Notes: generated by a model not told the origin, from the letters alone. Shown: positions 11,367 to 23,571, numbered from the whole stretch's first letter. The stretch is DNA of 63,452 nucleotides, filler included, from Craspedostauros australis (GCA_030167865.1; 13 parts of 13 records of this genome joined end to end with filler, not necessarily neighbours in it); one strand, 5' to 3'. Made by a program: numbers and translations.

Positions 11367-14093
11367 GCGGAGTCGATGTCGACGAGGATGGGATCGCTCG
11401 GACGTGGCGTGACCAGAGGAGTGATTCTGATGCAAAATGGCGATGCCGATGGCGACGTCCGTGGCACTGGCATTGGCTCCTGCGACAAAAGCCATACTAT
11501 GAATTCGCAGTACACAAAGACTACAGGCAGTCTCCTCTGCTCTCGACGCCACGATTCCAGATTGTTTAATTTTACTCTCGTTACTGATGATTATGCTGTG
11601 GCTGATGATGATGGTCGCGATGACGATGACGCTGGGATTCTTCGCCTGGCCTGATGTCATACAGCCACTGATGCAGAGCGATTGCCGAAGGTGGCCGAGC
11701 AGGTAGAATCACGGTTGACCTGTGGACCAGAACAATCTTTCTGGTGTTCTCCGAGCACTCATACTCGTACGATGCGACATGATACGATACGTGCCATAAC
11801 TGTTCTGTCATAAGTGTAAGCTTGTATTCCCACATTTACAGGATTATTGGTCCATGGACGACCTTTGTGGATGACTTGTATTCGTGGCTCGCATGCTACA
11901 CGCACGAGTAGCATACACCCCTGACGTTGTCCTGATTGCTTCGGATAGGCCAATGATTGCGTATGTCGTGGGACGCAAGCGGTCGGATTCCCGAAATTTC
12001 GTAGTCGTATCGCAGAGGCAAGAGAAGCTCAGCATCCCTCTCCGCCCGTGCTATGTAGAGACACAGTGCGAGAGGATCCACGTTTCTGAATTGCGCCGTA
12101 TAGGTCGTGCGTACGAATAGCAGTACTTGCCTCCAGCACCACCATCGAACCTCTCGTGAGCACTCCAACAGCATAAGTACGAGTACGAGTACGAGTACAG
12201 GTGCATGGAACACTGTTCATCCGAATGCTCGATTCAACTGTCAAGGCACCAGAAAGTCTGTGAACACGACGACGCCAAAGCAAGTGTCGGTCCGGACATT
12301 CATACCATCACACTCCACCTAAGAGTAGTGGTACTGTTGAGAGTGGCAATAGCGGATTGCACCAGGGAGCATTTGGTGGGTGCACTCTTCTTGCTCATAC
12401 CCTTATCCATGCCCTTACGACTACTCATTGCTCGCACTCGTACCACTGCCAACGTCCTCAAGAGGAGACACGAAGTAAATTCCGTTTGCGTACGTGGATT
12501 GCCGGTGCCATCGCAGGGGTAAGGATTGTTGTCGGCTTGCTCATACGAGTACGATAGTATCGCGTTTTACCCGTAGGACAAGCGTGCTCAAATCCTACTC
12601 AACCCCTGTGGCCACTACATCATAGGTATGAACACGAATAGAGTACGAGCAGGAGCACGCTTCTCTGCACTGCGACCAACTCTCTCTCTCTCTCTCATGC
12701 TCCTCGGTAGGCGACATTTCCTCCTCAAACTCGTGTCCCCGTTCCCTTCCTTGTGGACGTTCTTGCCCCTGTTCACTGTCTCAACTGCAACATCTGTGAA
12801 CGCAAACGCTCCTTGGCTGGTCGTGACAACAATGAAGATGATGGTGACGATGGTGGCTGGAACAACAAGAACAACGAGAACAAGGACGAGATAAGTGCTG
12901 GCCAAACAGCCGTATCAACCTTGTCACACCAATTGAATTCCCCATCCACCGATACAATCATCCACCCATCCGACCCATCCGCCACAAGGCAACATTCACG
13001 ATGACGAAGCAAGCAAGGAGAGTTGCCTCCCCAGACAAGAGCCAACCGAGTGGAGATTGTTCATCCACAATTTTGAACCTCTCCCCAACTTCGCCGGTCT
13101 TGGATTCGGACTGATTGGCCTCTCCCGTGGCCACATCCAACATGAAGCCAGGGATCAATCGGCACCTTTCCACCCATCGATGCGATCCCTCTTGGCAATC
13201 TCCATGGCGCTTCATCCTCCCACCCCAACCTCTGTTTCCACAAATTGTGCCCTTGCTGTCAGAATGATTGTATGTCTGCGGTGATGACAAGTGTTCCGAT
13301 CACGCCGATTGTGGATTTTCAGGGTAAGATGTGTCGGGGATATCGCGGTCACAGGTTATATCCGTGTTTTTCGTATTAATCCGTTGACACATCGAAGTAG
13401 CAATCATCCGATGTTTTCCAACAGAATGCGATTATGTCAGGCTTAGTTGAAGGCGAAGACGCTGCGTCAGCTTGGCGCCACGCAATAGCAGTCTCGTTTT
13501 CGAAAGGCCGAACAGGTACTGGTATCATGTTGGTTGTGCGTCGCCTTTCGCTGCTATACGTGTGAGTTTCTCTTCTTCATGGTTTCGATTCCAAAGGTGT
13601 TGTTCTTCGCGGGGTATTCCGACGCGAACATGCCAGAAACAGGCCGTTGAACACAGAAAGAGGCGAAAACACAACTGATCAGTTTCCTCGCACTAGGACA
13701 CAGGTTCGGGTTGGAGAAATCGCATTCTCTGCCGATACAAACATCGCGCAACACAAAAGTCGAAATGATCACCGCTCATTCAGTCCCTCGCGACTTTCCG
13801 CCAACACAACCACAAGCAGCACAACGGCTCCTGTCGCAAACGGGTGCAAGTGCAGCCAGAGGCGGGGCGCATTCCTCTCAAGAGAGAGTATGAGTATCGG
13901 TGTGTATCCTGCTCGTGCTCCAGCCGACAGACTGCTGCTTTCACATGTCGCCGATGTTTCATCAACAAGAGAGGGGCACTCATGTCCTCATAACTTGACA
14001 ACCTCCACAATCCACTACATTCACTCACAAATTCTCCACCAAACCGATCAAACCATCCATCCAATTCATCCATTGAACAACAGACACGCCAAC

Positions 14094-14915
14094 ATGACCA
14101 ACACAAATGCCGACCAGATCGTTTACCGCAACAACCAAGGATGCAGCCTCCTCGAGGTGGGCCACTTCGATCACGCGATAGAAGCATTCACCGGTCTCCT
14201 TTCGTCGTCCAAGCAGTTCATGGACAACTTTTCCGAGCAGGTTGACGATTGCATGCGCAACCCACCTTCCACCAGCTTGGATGCCTGCATGGTGCCTTGC
14301 TCTCTACCTGCCGGGGCCTCAGCGACCCACAACAAGAGCAATACCAATGGCAACGGCAAGAACGTGGACATGTCAAACAGCGACAATTCTGGCAACAGCA
14401 ACAACAGCAGGACAATTAATTCTTCACCAACCAGCGCGAACGACAGCAAGCACAACTTTGTGTACAGGCATCCAATCCAGCTCCCGTGGGGGATGGACCT
14501 ATCGTATGGCAACGGCGTTCTCATCTCCACGGCCATTATGTTCAACCTCGCGCTATGCCATCATCTGAAGGCGTACCGGTGCATGCAGAGCGACGCATCT
14601 CGATCCGCGCAGTGCTTCGCGAAGGCAGGCAGGCTATACGAGCTCGCCTACAACCTGCAGCTGGAGGAGGATCTGGATCCTTCCCACAGCATGTTCTTCA
14701 CGATGGCTACGATCAACAACCTCGGCATGGTCCACAGCGCCAATGGACGCACGCAGATTGCCGAGCAGTGCTTCCAGCACTTGCTCTGCGCCGTCGTCTT
14801 CCTCATCGATCAGAACGAGGCGCACGTGGCACGACAGGACTCCACCACGATGGACGGCTTCATTGCAAACACGAGCTTTTTGATCGTCCAGCACAACACC
14901 GCTGGAGCGGCGTGA
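14094..14915 (+). CDS. TPR-like helical protein, paralog of 5791..6783
   Basis: NNQGCSLLEVGHFDHAIEAF, LDACM, FVYRHPIQLP, MFNLALCHHL, LYELAY, ATINNLG, C-terminal AGAA; ATG 14094 is in frame with ORF 13647..14915. Confidence 0.8.
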   Translation: MTNTNADQIVYRNNQGCSLLEVGHFDHAIEAFTGLLSSSKQFMDNFSEQVDDCMRNPPSTSLDACMVPCSLPAGASATHNKSNTNGNGKNVDMSNSDNSGNSNNSRTINSSPTSANDSKHNFVYRHPIQLPWGMDLSYGNGVLISTAIMFNLALCHHLKAYRCMQSDASRSAQCFAKAGRLYELAYNLQLEEDLDPSHSMFFTMATINNLGMVHSANGRTQIAEQCFQHLLCAVVFLIDQNEAHVARQDSTTMDGFIANTSFLIVQHNTAGAA

Positions 14916-15452
14916 TGCGGAGACACATTGCGGAGCATAGCTGGGGTGGCATGAGTACGTACGTACGGACGTACCTTTCACGGCGAGGATCGTTGATACC
15001 ACCCTGATACCACTGGCACATCTGCTGCACCTGCGAGCATCATCGGAAAGCGATCAAACAACAAAACGCAACCCATACATACATACAGTAATACAATAGA
15101 GCAGACTGGATACGAACTTTCGAATGCATGTTAGTAATGTGCGCGGTCGGATAGGTCCGAAGCAACAGAGCCGCACGTCCAGATCGCCACCATCTGCAAT
15201 CTTGGCAGGATACCAACACATGCACCCCACATAGCTGGAATGCAGACAGACGCCCGGCTGCCATCTTGCTAACGTCGAAGACGATTGTGCAGGCCGGTCC
15301 GTTTGAGAATGGATTGTCGATCGGCAAAGTCATCATCATCTTGAGCAGAGATACAGTCCCGTGACTCTTCCACCGTTGAAGACGTACGTAGGACCAGTAC
15401 AAAAATTCGCACGTAGAACGCGTAGAATCAGTACTAGCACAAAAACTTGACA

Positions 15453-17855
15453 ATGGTGCGCACCGACGCCCAAAACAGTCCTGTCAAAGTGAACCAGAGT
15501 GCTCGAACGGCATCGACCATGGCACGAGGACGCACAGGAAGAGGAGGCCTTCAGGCCCGTGGTACTGGCCCCAAAGGAGGTGGCCGAGGAGGCAAGAGGC
15601 AGACCAGGGACTCTCCAGGGAAGAAGATGGCAAAAAAGACCCAGACAGCGAACGAGAACGGGTGGATTTGGAGTCATCAACACGAGCAAAGCTGGGGTGA
15701 CATCCTTCGCGAGCGAAATTTGATGACTCGCGGCTACGAACCCTTCCCAGCGGCAACCGGTGTTGAAGGAGCGCTTGACGAGTCCATTGCCTTTGTGAAA
15801 GAGATGAGACCAGAGCTCGCCAACGGAGCATCACTCACGCAATGGAAAGGACTCTTCAGCGATGCGTACGACAACAAGCTGCCAGCGGAGTCCAACCTCC
15901 AGATGATACAAATCATGCTGAGGCTGCTGACTACCTCCAACATCTTCTCGTCGTCCATGTGGAAACTGGGGCAGATCCAGTCAACGCACAAGACTGCCGC
16001 CTGGATCGCGGCCAGGACAGTGTTCATGGAGGTCAAAGGCATATTCCTTGACAAAGACGGCGACGAGGTGGTGGCACAATCCAGCTCACCCAATCTGAAA
16101 TCCAAGAAGAAGTCAAGGAAGCCAAAAAACAAGGTGAAGGCGTACCCAAGAAAACAACCACAGGCCCGTGAGCTGGTGAGCGTCAACGACGTCCTCAGCG
16201 AATTCCACAAGACCTTCTTCGATGTCCGACTCCCAATGTCAAGGGAAGGGAGCAAAACTCCACTGGCACAGGCTATTGCAGGGTTGAACGCCCTACGCGC
16301 GTTCGTCTTCCAAGCCGACTCAAAAGCACAAATCCTCGCATGGAGAAAGAGCAAAGAGGTGCGCCCGTGGACCGCCGCAGATGTGGCCTGGACCAACCGC
16401 GAGACAGTGAAGCAATTTGTCGACAGCCTGTACGCAAGAACCGGATTCATGACGTACACGCGGGTATGGATCGCCCACAAACAAGACCTTGACGCATTTG
16501 AAGACGACGGCACGCTGGCAACAGCAGCAATCTCTTTTCGAAAATCCGATATTCAAGAACACAACATTGTGGCGGCAGGATGGCTATTCGGCAGCCACAG
16601 CACCATGAATACGGATGACCTGGCAGAGGTGATCAACGAGCATGAACTCGTTCAGAATCAATGTGTGGTCCAGCTCCGCATACGCGAGATACAGCTGGTG
16701 AAGAGAAGAGGCAGAAGAGCGGAATCCGACGACTACCGCAGCAGGCCAAGGGCCACACACATCATGTGTGGGGAGTCCAAATCCGCGATCTGCAGAATTG
16801 CGATGAAGGACATGTTCAACAGTCGCGCAGATACGGTTCGATTGCTCGGGAAACAGATGCGCTTCATGCCAGATGCGCTGGACCAACGCTTTCATCACCC
16901 GCCGTCCGAACTTGCAGATCTCAGCACGATGGCAGCACACCAAGTCGCCTTTGAAAAGAAAATGGTGACGCAGGGCGTGTACTCCATCATGCAGCTGGAC
17001 GTGGAGGTACCAATCTGGAGGCTCACCCTACGAGAAGTCATCATGAACCTCAGATCATTTGACGATCCTGACTACACGTTGTTCGTCTCGGTCGACACAG
17101 ACCGGTCTGACCGCAACCGTACCTTCTTCGTCTTTCATCCCAAGAGACAGGTGGAAGCAAGAGAGCTGATCTCCAAACTGCCGTTCTTCTGCAGCAAGAA
17201 GCTCGACCACAAGTGCAGAGGATGGTTCACTCCGGAATCCTGGGCCCAGAATGAGTACTACGAGGTCGACTGGGAAACCGGGCTGGTCAGAAGCAAGGAG
17301 GAACTTGAAATGGGACAGCTGGCGCAGGCCGGCGCACACTTCCTAGACCTGGACGAGGACGAGATGATCGGGCTGTCAGCAGAGGACGTCGGATGGGAGG
17401 GGTACGTGGATGAAAACGGGAAGATGAAGCCGGTACCCTTGCTGAAATTCGAAGTTGAGATGACAGCCAACCCGAGAACCCAAAACGGGGACAACGGCAC
17501 AGTCGCCACATTCGCGACCGCGACAATGGCACAACAGAGCGCTCACATCTCCTCTGCCATCGGCAACACGGTGCGGCACAAGTCGGCCAGACCAGAGCAG
17601 TTCGCGACGGACCCATCGGCCAAGACCGATTTCAATCCCGACGACCCCATCCTGGAGGAAGACAGCCCGGACACCGATGAGAGCGACCAGATGAAGGGAC
17701 AAAAGTCCAGAGAAGACGAAGACAGCGGTGACAACTCGAGTGTTACCGAAGAAGATGGAAGGGAGGAGACCGTTCCACACAGAGAGGACACAGAAGATCC
17801 TATGGAGACAGATCCAATTTCACCAGATGGCACCGGCGCCCCAAGCCAGGAGTAG
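15453..17855 (+). CDS. Non-LTR retrotransposon ORF1 protein
   Basis: 800-aa ORF directly upstream of ORF2; RGG/K-rich N-terminus, acidic C-terminus; no domain recognised. Confidence 0.8.
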   Translation: MVRTDAQNSPVKVNQSARTASTMARGRTGRGGLQARGTGPKGGGRGGKRQTRDSPGKKMAKKTQTANENGWIWSHQHEQSWGDILRERNLMTRGYEPFPAATGVEGALDESIAFVKEMRPELANGASLTQWKGLFSDAYDNKLPAESNLQMIQIMLRLLTTSNIFSSSMWKLGQIQSTHKTAAWIAARTVFMEVKGIFLDKDGDEVVAQSSSPNLKSKKKSRKPKNKVKAYPRKQPQARELVSVNDVLSEFHKTFFDVRLPMSREGSKTPLAQAIAGLNALRAFVFQADSKAQILAWRKSKEVRPWTAADVAWTNRETVKQFVDSLYARTGFMTYTRVWIAHKQDLDAFEDDGTLATAAISFRKSDIQEHNIVAAGWLFGSHSTMNTDDLAEVINEHELVQNQCVVQLRIREIQLVKRRGRRAESDDYRSRPRATHIMCGESKSAICRIAMKDMFNSRADTVRLLGKQMRFMPDALDQRFHHPPSELADLSTMAAHQVAFEKKMVTQGVYSIMQLDVEVPIWRLTLREVIMNLRSFDDPDYTLFVSVDTDRSDRNRTFFVFHPKRQVEARELISKLPFFCSKKLDHKCRGWFTPESWAQNEYYEVDWETGLVRSKEELEMGQLAQAGAHFLDLDEDEMIGLSAEDVGWEGYVDENGKMKPVPLLKFEVEMTANPRTQNGDNGTVATFATATMAQQSAHISSAIGNTVRHKSARPEQFATDPSAKTDFNPDDPILEEDSPDTDESDQMKGQKSREDEDSGDNSSVTEEDGREETVPHREDTEDPMETDPISPDGTGAPSQE

Positions 17856-18045
17856 AAAAAAAGGAAAGAGAGAATCGGAAAACACACGAACAGCGAAAAG
17901 GACGCGAACAGCAAAGACACAACACAACAACAACGCAATCAACAAGAAAGAACAACAAGCACTAGTCGACGGGTACCAGACCCGACCACACAAAACCCTC
18001 CGCGAAGAGAGGCACCACCACTAAAATAGTGGAACAACAACAACA

Positions 18046-21000
18046 ATGACAACCGGCAACAGCCAGACACGAAAGTCCGTACCACCGAGTAATAGCGACG
18101 ACATGATGTCTGCCACAGCCAACACAATAGCGAGCAGTCTAAACGATGCTTGCGGGGATGCGATGGGGACTAAAACCCAGGACACGATAAGGATCGTGTT
18201 CCAGAATGCATCTCAGATCCCGATTCACGCGTATCAACAGAAGAACGACGAGATCTTCGAATTCGTCCAAACGAGCGGACTCGACGTGCTCTGCATGGCG
18301 GAAACCAACATTCGGTGGGACCATGTCCGGCCTCAAGATCAATGGTCGGAAAGAGCCAGATCACCAATACCCAGGTCAAAGCACGTGTTCGCATACAACA
18401 CGCATGAACCAAAAAGAGACCCAAGGATTTACGGAGGCGCAGGAACGGTGCTTACCGCCCAGATGGCCGCCCGAACATTCCAAAGCGGAGTCGACGAAAG
18501 CGGGATGGGAAGATGGTGTTGGACCCTATCGGAAGGCAAAGCAGGAAGGATGCTGAGGACGATAGCGGCTTACCGTCCATGCCGCTCGACCAGCGGCGAC
18601 AACACGGTCTGGGCACAACAGTCCAGAGTGTTGAACGCAGAAGGACGAGTCGATAACCCGCACGAAGCATGGATACAAGATCTACTGGAAGAACTGAGGA
18701 GATGGAGGTCCCAAGGCGACACGATCATTATGGGCGTTGACCTCAACGACGATGTGATGGACAGCGCTACCGCCCAGCAACTACACGCTGTCGGAATGAA
18801 GAATGCAGTTGAAGCGCGGGTGGGAAGTGAGGCCAGACAGGCCACTCAACAACGGAATCGCGAAGGAACACCCATCGATGCGATATACACCTCTGAAGGG
18901 GTACAAATCGAGAGCGCGGGATACCTTGCCTTTGGCGCCGCCATCCCTTCGGACCACCGAGCGATTTGGGCAGATGTCAGTTTCGCGCAGATCCTAGGCG
19001 CGGGAATCAGGCCAGTCAAGACCAAATCCCCACGACGGTTGGTGCTGAGCGACCCTCGAGTAGTCCAGAGATACAATGATGCACTCTTTGAAGAGTTTGC
19101 CCGGCACAACATCCCCCAACGAGTGGAGAAGATGTGGACAACGGTGAAACGACAAGGATGGACGCTGACGATTACACAACGAACGCAGTTCGACAAGCTT
19201 CTGGATCAGATCCACCAGATGCGCAGATCCGCGGAGAAAAGCTGTCGAAAGCTTAAGATGGGTTGCGTATCATGGTCCCCGGAAATACAGCATTCACGTG
19301 ACGCGATCAAGCATTGGACCCTGGAGGTGAAGCAACAAGCCGGCGTGAAAGTGAGTTCATCCCTACGCCTGCGCACCCGCCGAAAAACGGCCCTCCCAGA
19401 AAGTACGTCACTCCAGCACGCCCAGCAGATGCGCGTAGAGGCATACAGGACCTACTACGCACAAAAGAAGGATCACGACAGAGCAAGGCAGGACTATCTG
19501 GTACAATTGGCACGACAACGGCACGACGCAAAAGAGCAGGAATACGAATCGGCATTGCATCTGCTGCTGAATCGAGAGAAACAGCGAGAGCAAGCGCGAC
19601 GGCTGCGTGCCGTCTTCGGAAGTGGCAAGTCCATGACTACCAAGGTGCTGTTCACAGACGACAGTGGCCAGGTACATGAGTGCAACGATCAACACGAGAT
19701 AGTCACTGCATGTATACGAGAGAATAAGAAACGATTCTCCCAAGCAAACCGTACTCCATGCATGACGGGTGAAGGCAAGAAGTTCATGGACAGGATATGG
19801 TGCCCACAGCTGGCACCCCAACTGATAAAGGCCGGCGCCCAGATTCCAGAGTCGATTGATCCAATGATACAGGTTTTGCTGGAGTCGTTGGAACCGGTGC
19901 CACCAGACGTGTCAGAGCTGTCAGTCGAAGATCATGTAAAAGCATGGAAGAAGCAGACTGAACTGACCAACTCTGAGCCGAGCTGCCCCCACTTTGGGCA
20001 CTACAAGGCATCAGCGATTTCCTCGACGCTGGCGCGAGTCGATTCACGCATGCGGGAGATCCCCTACCAGACTGGACACTCCCCCTCACCCTGGCAACGC
20101 ATCACCGACGTGGAAATACTGAAAAAAGCGCAAGTGTTCAATATAGAGAAAATGCGTACCATCCAATTGATGGACGCTCAGTTCAATTTGAACAACAAGA
20201 GACTGGGCAAACAAATGATGGCAACAGCGGAGGCAGCCGGATGGCTTTCTGAGCATCAGTTTGGGAGCCGCAAGCAGAGGTCAGCCATGAGCGCCGCGCT
20301 CAACAAGCGTCTCTCTATCGACTTAGGGTTTCAACGGAAGGTGGCGGTCTCATTCTGTTCAAACAACGCGAAATCCTGCTACGACAGGATTGTTCCCAAC
20401 TTCGCAGCCGCAGCCATGATAGCTGCAGGCGCCAACAGCTCGGCCACCCGTAGCATGTTCAAGACGCTACGAGACGCCAAGCATCACATCAGTACTGCGT
20501 ACGGAGTTTCCCAACGGCATTACACGAAGGGAGCGGACTGCGACATGCACGGCATAGGTCAAGGTAACGGAGCGGGTCCGGCAATATGGGCCGTGATCAG
20601 CTCTGTGCTGTTCAAGGCCATGACAAGGTTGGGCCACTCGTTCTCTCTCAGAAGCCCATCCGGTGAAGCCTTGCCCATCCTGGGTTCGGCGTTCGTCGAC
20701 GACACTGACCTGGTCAGACTTGAGCGACGCCGGAAGGACTCAGCCGATACGGAAGCATTCAAACGCATCATACTCGACTGGGGGAACTTGTTACGGGTCA
20801 CTGGAGGTGCTCTGGTGCCAGAGAAGTCCGCATGGTGGGCCATGCAACCCCGGTTCGACAAAGACAAATGGGAGTGGCACGACGCCAACGGCGGTACCGA
20901 CATACGGATCGACGACGGCCACGGAGGAAGCGCCGACATCCCACGAAGGGCGATGGACCAACCCTTGTTCACCCTGGGGGTGTTTATTGACTTCGACGGC

Positions 21001-23571
21001 GACAGTGACTCGCAAGTTCAAGCTATGCGGAAGAAGGCTGAGGATTTTGGAGGGAGGATGCGCACGGCGCAGATTTCCCCGGAAGATGCCCGATCTGCCT
21101 TAACACTGCAGTTCATGAAGTCCATCGAGTACGCCATGCCTCTCGTTCAGCTTGCCCCGAGTGAGTGGAGATACATAATGGCCCCGGCCTTGTTGGCCGC
21201 GCTACCCAAGATGGGTTGCTCTAGAAATATGCCGAGAGATTTGGTGTACGGAACAAAGTCGCTCGGAGGGTTGGGAATCAGGAATCCCGCCAACTCCCAG
21301 TTGATAGCGCAAATCCGCCTTGTCTTTGACGAAGTGCACCGAGGAACACAAACAGGCGCAATGTTCAAGTGCTCGATCCAGGCCCTGAAGGAGGAGCTCG
21401 GAATCGGTGGCTCGTTGTTTCAGTATCCATTCGGAGTTATCGGTCACTGCGCAACCCGTTGCTGGATCACAGGTCTATGGCGGCAGCTTCACGGCACCGG
21501 CATAGAGGTGATCGAAACGACGGAGTCGAGAGAAACGCAGCGGGAAGGCGACTCTTTCCTTATGGACCTGTGGATTCGCCAGAGAGTGAAAGGGGCGCAG
21601 CTGTATCATCTCAACATGATACGACAGAAGTTGGGAGTCCTACGACTTTCGGATATTGTGTCAGCCGACGGCACCAGAATAGTGCCAGGAGTACTTGACG
21701 GAACTTTTGAGTCAAGTACGCCCCAGCCGTGGGCGCGACAGCCGAAACGGTTACCGAGTGGGTGGTGGAGAGAATGGCAACGATGGTGCAAGTCCTTGTG
21801 CTTTCACGGTCTTCTTCTACATCATCCGCTTGGAAGATGGCTACGCGACGACGGATCTTGGCGGTGGTGGAAAGCTCCCTATCAGGATGATATCTTTGAC
21901 ATATCCGTTTCTCCATTCTTGCAATACTTACCGAATCCTTGGCGGCGCACGCGGCGACAGCAATACACCCGCACAAGAGCCGTCGCGGAAATCCCCGAGG
22001 GAGCCAAACGCGTCTCGGTGGTAGTCACGGAGCAGGGTATCGAATGGAATGGGCACCTTGGTCTCTCAAGCGTCCCAGACGAGCCCGCTGACGCTCCGTT
22101 CCCGTTCGAAGATATGCGAGGAGCCATGTCCCTTCAGGAAGCGGCCAGAGCAGCGAATCGGGGAACTCTAGTGATGGTGAGCGACGGGTCATTCAAGGAC
22201 CAACGCGGCACATCGGTCTCTACAGCCTATGACACGGAGTCCGAGCGATACATCTACTGCCACACGTTTGTCCCAGGTCCCCCAACCGTCCAAAGTGCTT
22301 ACCGCAGTGAGCTGGCAGGGATTTGGGCATCGCTTGCCATGCTTAGCATTATGCCCGGGCTGATGCCTAGCGCGGTTGTTACTATCGCGCTCGACGGCAA
22401 ACAGGCGCTCACGCAGGCGCAAAAGGACGATCTGCGGCCCAGTCAGAAGGATTGGGACATTCTCACGGAGATTCAGATGCTAAGACATGAGATACCGGCA
22501 TCATTGAAATGGGAATGGGTCAAAGGCCACCAAGACGACACCGGGAAGAAGCTAACTCTGCTCGAGCAGCTCAACGTGGAAGTCGATCGGAGAGCCAAAC
22601 AATTTTGGGAAACCACCATATCACGGCCCCACAACACGCAGTGGGCCACTGACACCGTTCGGTGGCGCATACGACTTCGCGGCAGTGATCACTCCCATGT
22701 GGATCCTGATGCCATTAACGAGCTACTACAGTCCAATTCGGCAATGCAGTACTGGTCTTCGAAGTTCAAATGGAACCCCACTCAGCTGAGCCAGGTCGAC
22801 TGGCAAACCTACAAATTGGCGCGCAAGTCCAAGTCCAATCGAAGCTCCACGACGTTCATCACTAAATGGTCATCGGGTTTTGTTGGAGTCAACCGGAAAT
22901 TGTTCCAGACGGGGCAACTGCCTTCATCCAAGTGCAAGTTCTGCAATCAGGAGGAGACGACTCAACACGTACTGAAGTGCTCAGAACACTTGGGCGCATG
23001 GAAAGAAGCCACGGACGGCCTTGTGGGCCGTATGCTGGAGATCGGAACGTCTCCTCGCCTGGTGAGCAACATGAGAGTGGGGCTGGTGAAATGGAGACGA
23101 AACGCGCGATCATCGGACGCCCAAAGTACCGTTGGTTGGTACCCGCTCCTGCTGGGATTTTTGCACACAGACTGGATCCGTCAACAAGAGCTATGGATGA
23201 AAACGCACGAGTGCCGATACCCGGACGCGGCGGTGTGGGCCAGAGAGGTGGTGCGATGGATATGGAAGGTGCCTTGGGAAGTGTGGTTGGCACGCAATGC
23301 AAAAGTACATGACGAAGAGAACCACCCGACAATGCGGGATCTGCGGCGACAGGTCCAGCGCCTTCTTCAAAGCGCGAGCAAGGATATGAACGATTCGGAG
23401 CTTCATCTACTCCGTGTAGGTCGTATCGTCGAAAGTGGCACAGAAGAGCAGATGAGACAGTGGGTGAATTCTATGATAGCCGTACAAGCGACGGTGAAAG
23501 CGCGGCGACGGTCACGAACAATGCAGGCTGAAAGGCAGGCAATGGCGTCGTGGCTAGGGCTGGGCTCATAG
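18046..23571 (+). CDS. Non-LTR retrotransposon ORF2: APE endonuclease, reverse transcriptase, RNase H, Zn finger
   Basis: APE: IVFQN, CMAETN, MGVDLND, IDAIY, SDHRAIW. RT: QFGSRK, NNAKSCYDRI, GIGQGNGAGP, AFVDDT. RNase H: VSDGSF, RSELAGI, ALDGKQAL, WVKGHQD, NVEVDRRAK. Zn finger: CKFC-x7-H-x3-C. Confidence 0.95.
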   Translation: MTTGNSQTRKSVPPSNSDDMMSATANTIASSLNDACGDAMGTKTQDTIRIVFQNASQIPIHAYQQKNDEIFEFVQTSGLDVLCMAETNIRWDHVRPQDQWSERARSPIPRSKHVFAYNTHEPKRDPRIYGGAGTVLTAQMAARTFQSGVDESGMGRWCWTLSEGKAGRMLRTIAAYRPCRSTSGDNTVWAQQSRVLNAEGRVDNPHEAWIQDLLEELRRWRSQGDTIIMGVDLNDDVMDSATAQQLHAVGMKNAVEARVGSEARQATQQRNREGTPIDAIYTSEGVQIESAGYLAFGAAIPSDHRAIWADVSFAQILGAGIRPVKTKSPRRLVLSDPRVVQRYNDALFEEFARHNIPQRVEKMWTTVKRQGWTLTITQRTQFDKLLDQIHQMRRSAEKSCRKLKMGCVSWSPEIQHSRDAIKHWTLEVKQQAGVKVSSSLRLRTRRKTALPESTSLQHAQQMRVEAYRTYYAQKKDHDRARQDYLVQLARQRHDAKEQEYESALHLLLNREKQREQARRLRAVFGSGKSMTTKVLFTDDSGQVHECNDQHEIVTACIRENKKRFSQANRTPCMTGEGKKFMDRIWCPQLAPQLIKAGAQIPESIDPMIQVLLESLEPVPPDVSELSVEDHVKAWKKQTELTNSEPSCPHFGHYKASAISSTLARVDSRMREIPYQTGHSPSPWQRITDVEILKKAQVFNIEKMRTIQLMDAQFNLNNKRLGKQMMATAEAAGWLSEHQFGSRKQRSAMSAALNKRLSIDLGFQRKVAVSFCSNNAKSCYDRIVPNFAAAAMIAAGANSSATRSMFKTLRDAKHHISTAYGVSQRHYTKGADCDMHGIGQGNGAGPAIWAVISSVLFKAMTRLGHSFSLRSPSGEALPILGSAFVDDTDLVRLERRRKDSADTEAFKRIILDWGNLLRVTGGALVPEKSAWWAMQPRFDKDKWEWHDANGGTDIRIDDGHGGSADIPRRAMDQPLFTLGVFIDFDGDSDSQVQAMRKKAEDFGGRMRTAQISPEDARSALTLQFMKSIEYAMPLVQLAPSEWRYIMAPALLAALPKMGCSRNMPRDLVYGTKSLGGLGIRNPANSQLIAQIRLVFDEVHRGTQTGAMFKCSIQALKEELGIGGSLFQYPFGVIGHCATRCWITGLWRQLHGTGIEVIETTESRETQREGDSFLMDLWIRQRVKGAQLYHLNMIRQKLGVLRLSDIVSADGTRIVPGVLDGTFESSTPQPWARQPKRLPSGWWREWQRWCKSLCFHGLLLHHPLGRWLRDDGSWRWWKAPYQDDIFDISVSPFLQYLPNPWRRTRRQQYTRTRAVAEIPEGAKRVSVVVTEQGIEWNGHLGLSSVPDEPADAPFPFEDMRGAMSLQEAARAANRGTLVMVSDGSFKDQRGTSVSTAYDTESERYIYCHTFVPGPPTVQSAYRSELAGIWASLAMLSIMPGLMPSAVVTIALDGKQALTQAQKDDLRPSQKDWDILTEIQMLRHEIPASLKWEWVKGHQDDTGKKLTLLEQLNVEVDRRAKQFWETTISRPHNTQWATDTVRWRIRLRGSDHSHVDPDAINELLQSNSAMQYWSSKFKWNPTQLSQVDWQTYKLARKSKSNRSSTTFITKWSSGFVGVNRKLFQTGQLPSSKCKFCNQEETTQHVLKCSEHLGAWKEATDGLVGRMLEIGTSPRLVSNMRVGLVKWRRNARSSDAQSTVGWYPLLLGFLHTDWIRQQELWMKTHECRYPDAAVWAREVVRWIWKVPWEVWLARNAKVHDEENHPTMRDLRRQVQRLLQSASKDMNDSELHLLRVGRIVESGTEEQMRQWVNSMIAVQATVKARRRSRTMQAERQAMASWLGLGS

